64,000 bases of DNA from an uncultured Eubacteriales bacterium (lineage in GTDB: Bacteria > Bacillota > Clostridia > Peptostreptococcales > Anaerovoracaceae): assembly GCA_910583765.1 (NCBI GenBank), contig CAJTYS010000019.1:7246-71245 (forward strand). Reading direction: 5' to 3'. The number at the start of each line of letters is the position of its first letter. Within the stretch, counting starts at the first letter, position 1. The translations under genes and the position numbers were made by a program. This document shows, one piece after another, positions 60,155 to 64,000 of this stretch. Below the pieces are notes generated by a model, which saw only the letters and a program-made list of their open reading frames with translations, searched no databases and was not told the DNA's origin.

Positions 60155-61885
60155 CTATGACCTCTTTATACATAAAACCTTTCTCATATAACACCCGGCA
60201 TCAAAATGTCCGATACACTTTGTGCATCTTTTGCACTTTTTATCATCAATTGTATAAGATATTTCATCAATATTATTACTCTTTATACTGATCGCATCGT
60301 ATTTACATACACTCTCGCAAGCTTTGCATCCTAGACACATCTGGTATTTAGTCAGTTGACACTTTATTTTGCCTTCTGCCGCAGCTATTGTTTTAGCTCC
60401 AGCGATATGAATATTTTTAATGATTACTTTTAGTTTTGTCGTTCCTTTCCTGCCCTGCAAAATTAGAGCTACCTTTCCGCCTCTATCCATGATATATACT
60501 TCGCCTAGCCGTTTATTTCCAAGCTCTCTGTTTATATAACCAAATGGTTTAAATAATTCATAGAGTTCTTCTGTAACAGGCTTCTGTAGCTCATAATTAA
60601 ATGCGTTTTCATCTGTGGCACATGGCTCAAACATAACAACAGATGTTTGAGCCGCAGGCAGACCATTTCCCCCTTGTCTAGCCTTCCATCCACCCTCATC
60701 AATATATTGCTCTGGATCTGGTTTGCCTATCATATCCGCAAAATTTACTAGCAGCTTACGCCAATGGATGTACTGATCGTACATATGCACTTTAGCCAAA
60801 AATTCTGACCAAGTCCCATTATTGGGGCAACACCAGCAGCCCACTCTAGTCCATCCCAGTCTATATGCATAATTGAAATCTATCCCTGTTGTCAATAGAT
60901 AAAGCCACACATCATAATCATTCCATTCTATGATTGGAGAAATCACCTTTTGTTTTGCGATTTTCGAACTATTGCTTTCCCGATCATATTTACTTCTGTT
61001 CGCCGATTCGCTGCGTCGAATACCCTGAAAACTCAAAATGCTAGTTTTGTCCTTAAAAGCTGATGATATTGTTTTTTGGATTGCCCCAGTTTTAAAAACT
61101 GTGCAGCACCACCTCATAACTCTGCTAGGCGGTCCGACAATGCTGCATAGATCTTCAAAATCTTTTTCTCTATTTTTTGCAGTAAGTATTCTTACCCCTT
61201 GTGACTCTTCATTTTTATTAAATCGTTTTTTATATTCCAGTGTATAGGGGAACTCAAGAGTCGTATCGCCAAAAACATGGAGAACTTTATTCGTTCCAAG
61301 GGCCTTGTTTACAATATGTGATGTAACGGTAGAATCCTTACCACCGCTGAATGACACCATCATGTCGGCAATGTCATACGTCTCTTTATATTGTTGAACA
61401 TATTGAACGGCTTCTTCTGTGATATCATTATAATGATCAATATTTGCTTTCACAAACCGATCTTTAAATATGTTGAAGTATTTATAATCAAGTCCATCCA
61501 AATGTTTTTCATATTTTTCTTTTAAGAACCTGATCTCTGCAAGAGATTTTTGGTTCACCTCTGTCACCGACAATCTAACCTTTTGACCATCTATGATATA
61601 ACTATTGCCTCCATACCAAGCAGAAGATTTCTGAAACTTGAAAGCATCACCAAATAATATTAAGGAAATCAACACATTCTCTTCTGGAAAGACCGGTCTT
61701 AAATCCGTAGCTATATATACTCCTTCTTTTCCACAAATCGGGCAGGTCTTTTCATAAATTGGAATGTTACAATCATCACACCAGTAGATGGTTGATGCGA
61801 TTTGGGTCTCACATCCACAATCAGGATTCGTACAAATATTACCCTTCATTGGCACTTGACATTTAGGGCACACTCTCTCTAACAT
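60155..61885 (-). CDS. PAPS-reductase-family protein with Cys-rich N-terminus and C-terminal ferredoxin-like domain (SspD-like)
   Basis: PP-loop SFSGGKDS, DTTLEFP, RWCC, GIRRSES, RVGCWCCP, C-terminal CLGCKACESVC and CKRCTKC. Confidence 0.88.
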   Translation of the reverse strand: MLERVCPKCQVPMKGNICTNPDCGCETQIASTIYWCDDCNIPIYEKTCPICGKEGVYIATDLRPVFPEENVLISLILFGDAFKFQKSSAWYGGNSYIIDGQKVRLSVTEVNQKSLAEIRFLKEKYEKHLDGLDYKYFNIFKDRFVKANIDHYNDITEEAVQYVQQYKETYDIADMMVSFSGGKDSTVTSHIVNKALGTNKVLHVFGDTTLEFPYTLEYKKRFNKNEESQGVRILTAKNREKDFEDLCSIVGPPSRVMRWCCTVFKTGAIQKTISSAFKDKTSILSFQGIRRSESANRSKYDRESNSSKIAKQKVISPIIEWNDYDVWLYLLTTGIDFNYAYRLGWTRVGCWCCPNNGTWSEFLAKVHMYDQYIHWRKLLVNFADMIGKPDPEQYIDEGGWKARQGGNGLPAAQTSVVMFEPCATDENAFNYELQKPVTEELYELFKPFGYINRELGNKRLGEVYIMDRGGKVALILQGRKGTTKLKVIIKNIHIAGAKTIAAAEGKIKCQLTKYQMCLGCKACESVCKYDAISIKSNNIDEISYTIDDKKCKRCTKCIGHFDAGCYMRKVLCIKRS

Positions 61886-62128
61886 ATATTCTCCTACAAT
61901 TGTTTTATCTCATTTTCTTCCAATATTACCTTTAGCTTTTGTATTTGACTTTTCGCCTAAGATATCTCCGTCTGCACCTTCACAATTTATATTATACCAT
62001 TCAATCACACAAATACCATTAATAAAACAGCTGTTTTATAGGTTCCTCTAATTTTTGTTAGGCTTAATAGGACCAGGCTTGCTAATTTTCTGTTTCGCAA
62101 ATGTTGCCCCTTACTATTTTCTAAATTT

Positions 62129-63475
62129 TTACTTATTTTTTACAATTTGAGCAATTATCTTTGAAGCTAAATTGTTTGTATTTTGTGTTACATTTTGTAT
62201 AAAAAATTTTCTTTCATCTCTTGGAAGTAATTCTGAAGCAATTAGCAGCGCTCTTTGTCCCCACACTCCAAGACCATTGTAGTCTTGTTTCAACTCTCGT
62301 ATCCATGACGTTTGCTTTGTTGAATAAGCTGCTAAAATTATCTCTCTCTTTATATAATCTGACGAATTATTATATATTTCCACCAATTGTGTAATATGGT
62401 TAAATTTATCTGTTTTAGCAAATAAATTAAAAATGGTTATTTGCAGAAATTCGTTTGATCTAATTATAGGATTACTCAACAACTTTATCAACTTTTCTCC
62501 TACATCTTCAAGAACTATATCGCTCTCTTGTGCAATAGAAGAAAAATATAATGCAATATCACTAATTGATGCATATGGATCCGAGGAATATGTATTGACT
62601 GTCTCTATCATTTTCTCCTCTAATTTATTAATTGGATTATCTTTAAGCATGTCATTGCATTTTTGTAAGAAATCCTTTTTAGTATACATTTTAGTTTTAT
62701 GTCTCTGCATACTCAATTTTAAAGAATCCAATACTTTTGCCAATTCATAGATTACGATTTGTCCTTCACTTTTTGAATTAACAAAAACAATTATATCATC
62801 AGAGTATCGGCAATAATCATACCTTTTCATTAACAATTTTTCATCAAGTGGCATAAGGCACATTTCAGCAAGTAAATGCATTGCATGCGGCCCTATTGGA
62901 ATACCCTGCGATACAGTCTGCGTAGTATTTTGCAACATTCTTTTAATTGACCTAATAACTTGATTTTCTAATTCACATTCAATTAATTGATTTTCTAATG
63001 TATGATGGTAAATTCTATTATAAAAATCATCAATGTCTATATAAACAGCAAAATTATACTGATTCATTTTTTCCTTTGATGTATTCCAAAAATTTTTCCA
63101 GGCCTCTTTTCTTGCATACATCTTTCCATCAGTAGTTGGTCTAAACCTATAATTAAACACTCTTTTCTCCTCTATTGATAAACGCCTTTTTTCTATTTTA
63201 TTTCCATATTGGTATATTAGCGCTACAATTAAAATATTGTCAATAGGGTCTAATTGTATTGCCACTCGGTAAGAATATTCATCTTTAGGTATGATAAATC
63301 TTCGATATTGCTGCCAATTATAATTTTCAATTTCAATTGAAAGCAATTCAATAATCAAAATTCCTTCATCCCCAAATAAAATTTCATACTCTTTCAATGT
63401 TGGGAACAAATCGGTATCCTTCTCTTTCTTAATATGATTTATGGCCCATCTTATTGATGCTTCTTGTAATTTCAT
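62129..63475 (-). CDS. Reverse transcriptase, UG/Abi-like (defence-associated type)
   Basis: IPK...YR, DIDDFY..IYHH, GIPIGP, catalytic RYSDDI, KT; alpha-helical C-terminus; GAGGA RBS before ATG 63475. Confidence 0.85.
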   Translation of the reverse strand: MKLQEASIRWAINHIKKEKDTDLFPTLKEYEILFGDEGILIIELLSIEIENYNWQQYRRFIIPKDEYSYRVAIQLDPIDNILIVALIYQYGNKIEKRRLSIEEKRVFNYRFRPTTDGKMYARKEAWKNFWNTSKEKMNQYNFAVYIDIDDFYNRIYHHTLENQLIECELENQVIRSIKRMLQNTTQTVSQGIPIGPHAMHLLAEMCLMPLDEKLLMKRYDYCRYSDDIIVFVNSKSEGQIVIYELAKVLDSLKLSMQRHKTKMYTKKDFLQKCNDMLKDNPINKLEEKMIETVNTYSSDPYASISDIALYFSSIAQESDIVLEDVGEKLIKLLSNPIIRSNEFLQITIFNLFAKTDKFNHITQLVEIYNNSSDYIKREIILAAYSTKQTSWIRELKQDYNGLGVWGQRALLIASELLPRDERKFFIQNVTQNTNNLASKIIAQIVKNK

Positions 63476-63499
63476 TTTTACATCCTCATATAAAATAAT

Positions 63500-64000
63500 T
63501 ATCAACTGGCAAAAAACAACTTTTAGTTTGGAGATTAATAACTTGCTTCCACTTTCTAAGTGTTTCACAAGGAAAAATGTTGATTCTCGTTAATTCAGCA
63601 TCCGTTATTTTATGATCAAGTTCATATACGTTCCCATCAAGTTGACAAGTAATGGTCAGTTCTTTTTCTGTTGTTAGATGTGATATTAAATTGATTACTG
63701 TTGCACTATCTACTCAAGGCTGTTCCTTCCAATCTTTTAAAACATAAAAGGCATCCAATCCTCTATCTTGTTCCATTTTGATGTGTCATGCCGGGCAATA
63801 GGACACCTTAACTTCAAATCCTGTGCCATTGTCTAACCGTTGTAATTCGTATTTACAGTTGCGACTACAGGAACCATTGTTTCCTTCCTCATCACACCTG
63901 CTTTCCTTGGATAGCTATATTATGCCTTTTTGTGGTGTCAAAAGCAATGATTTTTGATATGGAAATTGCCGTTATGAACTTCTATGATTTCTGTTTGTAC
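63500..64000 (-). pseudogene. Degenerate ISAzo13-family transposase 3' remnant
   Basis: Manual minus-strand translation across stops and frameshifts: CDEEGNNGS..KYELQRL...VSYCP*/TSKWNKIE/..W..QP*..TVINLI..TTEKELTITCQLDGNVY; TSKWNKIE is the ISAzo13 signature as recalled. Confidence 0.75.

Noticed and set aside
54529..61885. BREX type 4 or DndABCDE assignment
   Set aside because: No PglZ, BrxL, SMC-like DndD or DndE in the window; separate DUF4007 plus desulfurase fits Ssp better
63476..64000. Retron msr-msd upstream of the RT
   Set aside because: The region is transposase remnant, no a1/a2 inverted repeats were seen, and the RT lacks the retron VTG motif
1..64000. CRISPR array, tRNA, rRNA, integrase or prophage genes
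   Set aside because: None recognised by eye; a small RNA gene could have been missed without a covariance search

Overview
Chromosomal window from a Bacillota/Clostridia-type anaerobe (taxon inferred from gene content and sigma-A-like promoters). Left to right: a lipoprotein and two AAA+ ATPase/nuclease-like genes; a GntR-controlled operon linking an APC permease and an M28 amidohydrolase to an L-galactonate-type route (Zn dehydrogenase, uxaB, uxaA, eda, kdgK; no uxaC); two paralogous 'membrane-bound LuxR + M28 lipoprotein' modules that share an upstream palindrome and are split by a DinJ/RelB-YoeB TA pair; a truncated AlbA_2/HATPase gene; the histidine utilisation operon; hicAB; a DmpA-like peptidase; an AT-rich two-methyltransferase restriction-modification islet; an aromatic amino acid operon headed by an unannotated Phe/Tyr-rich leader-peptide attenuator; and housekeeping genes (aroK, ispE, tadA). 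The right end (about 52.4-64 kb) is an AT-rich defence island: an ISAzo13 remnant, a UG/Abi-like reverse transcriptase and an SspABCD-like phosphorothioation cluster (PAPS reductase, DUF4007, large ATPase, cysteine desulfurase). Where SspE or SspFGH would be expected there is a short DUF262 protein coupled to a Hanks-type Ser/Thr kinase. This module is the best candidate for an undescribed system. All family calls rest on motif recognition by eye; no searches were run.
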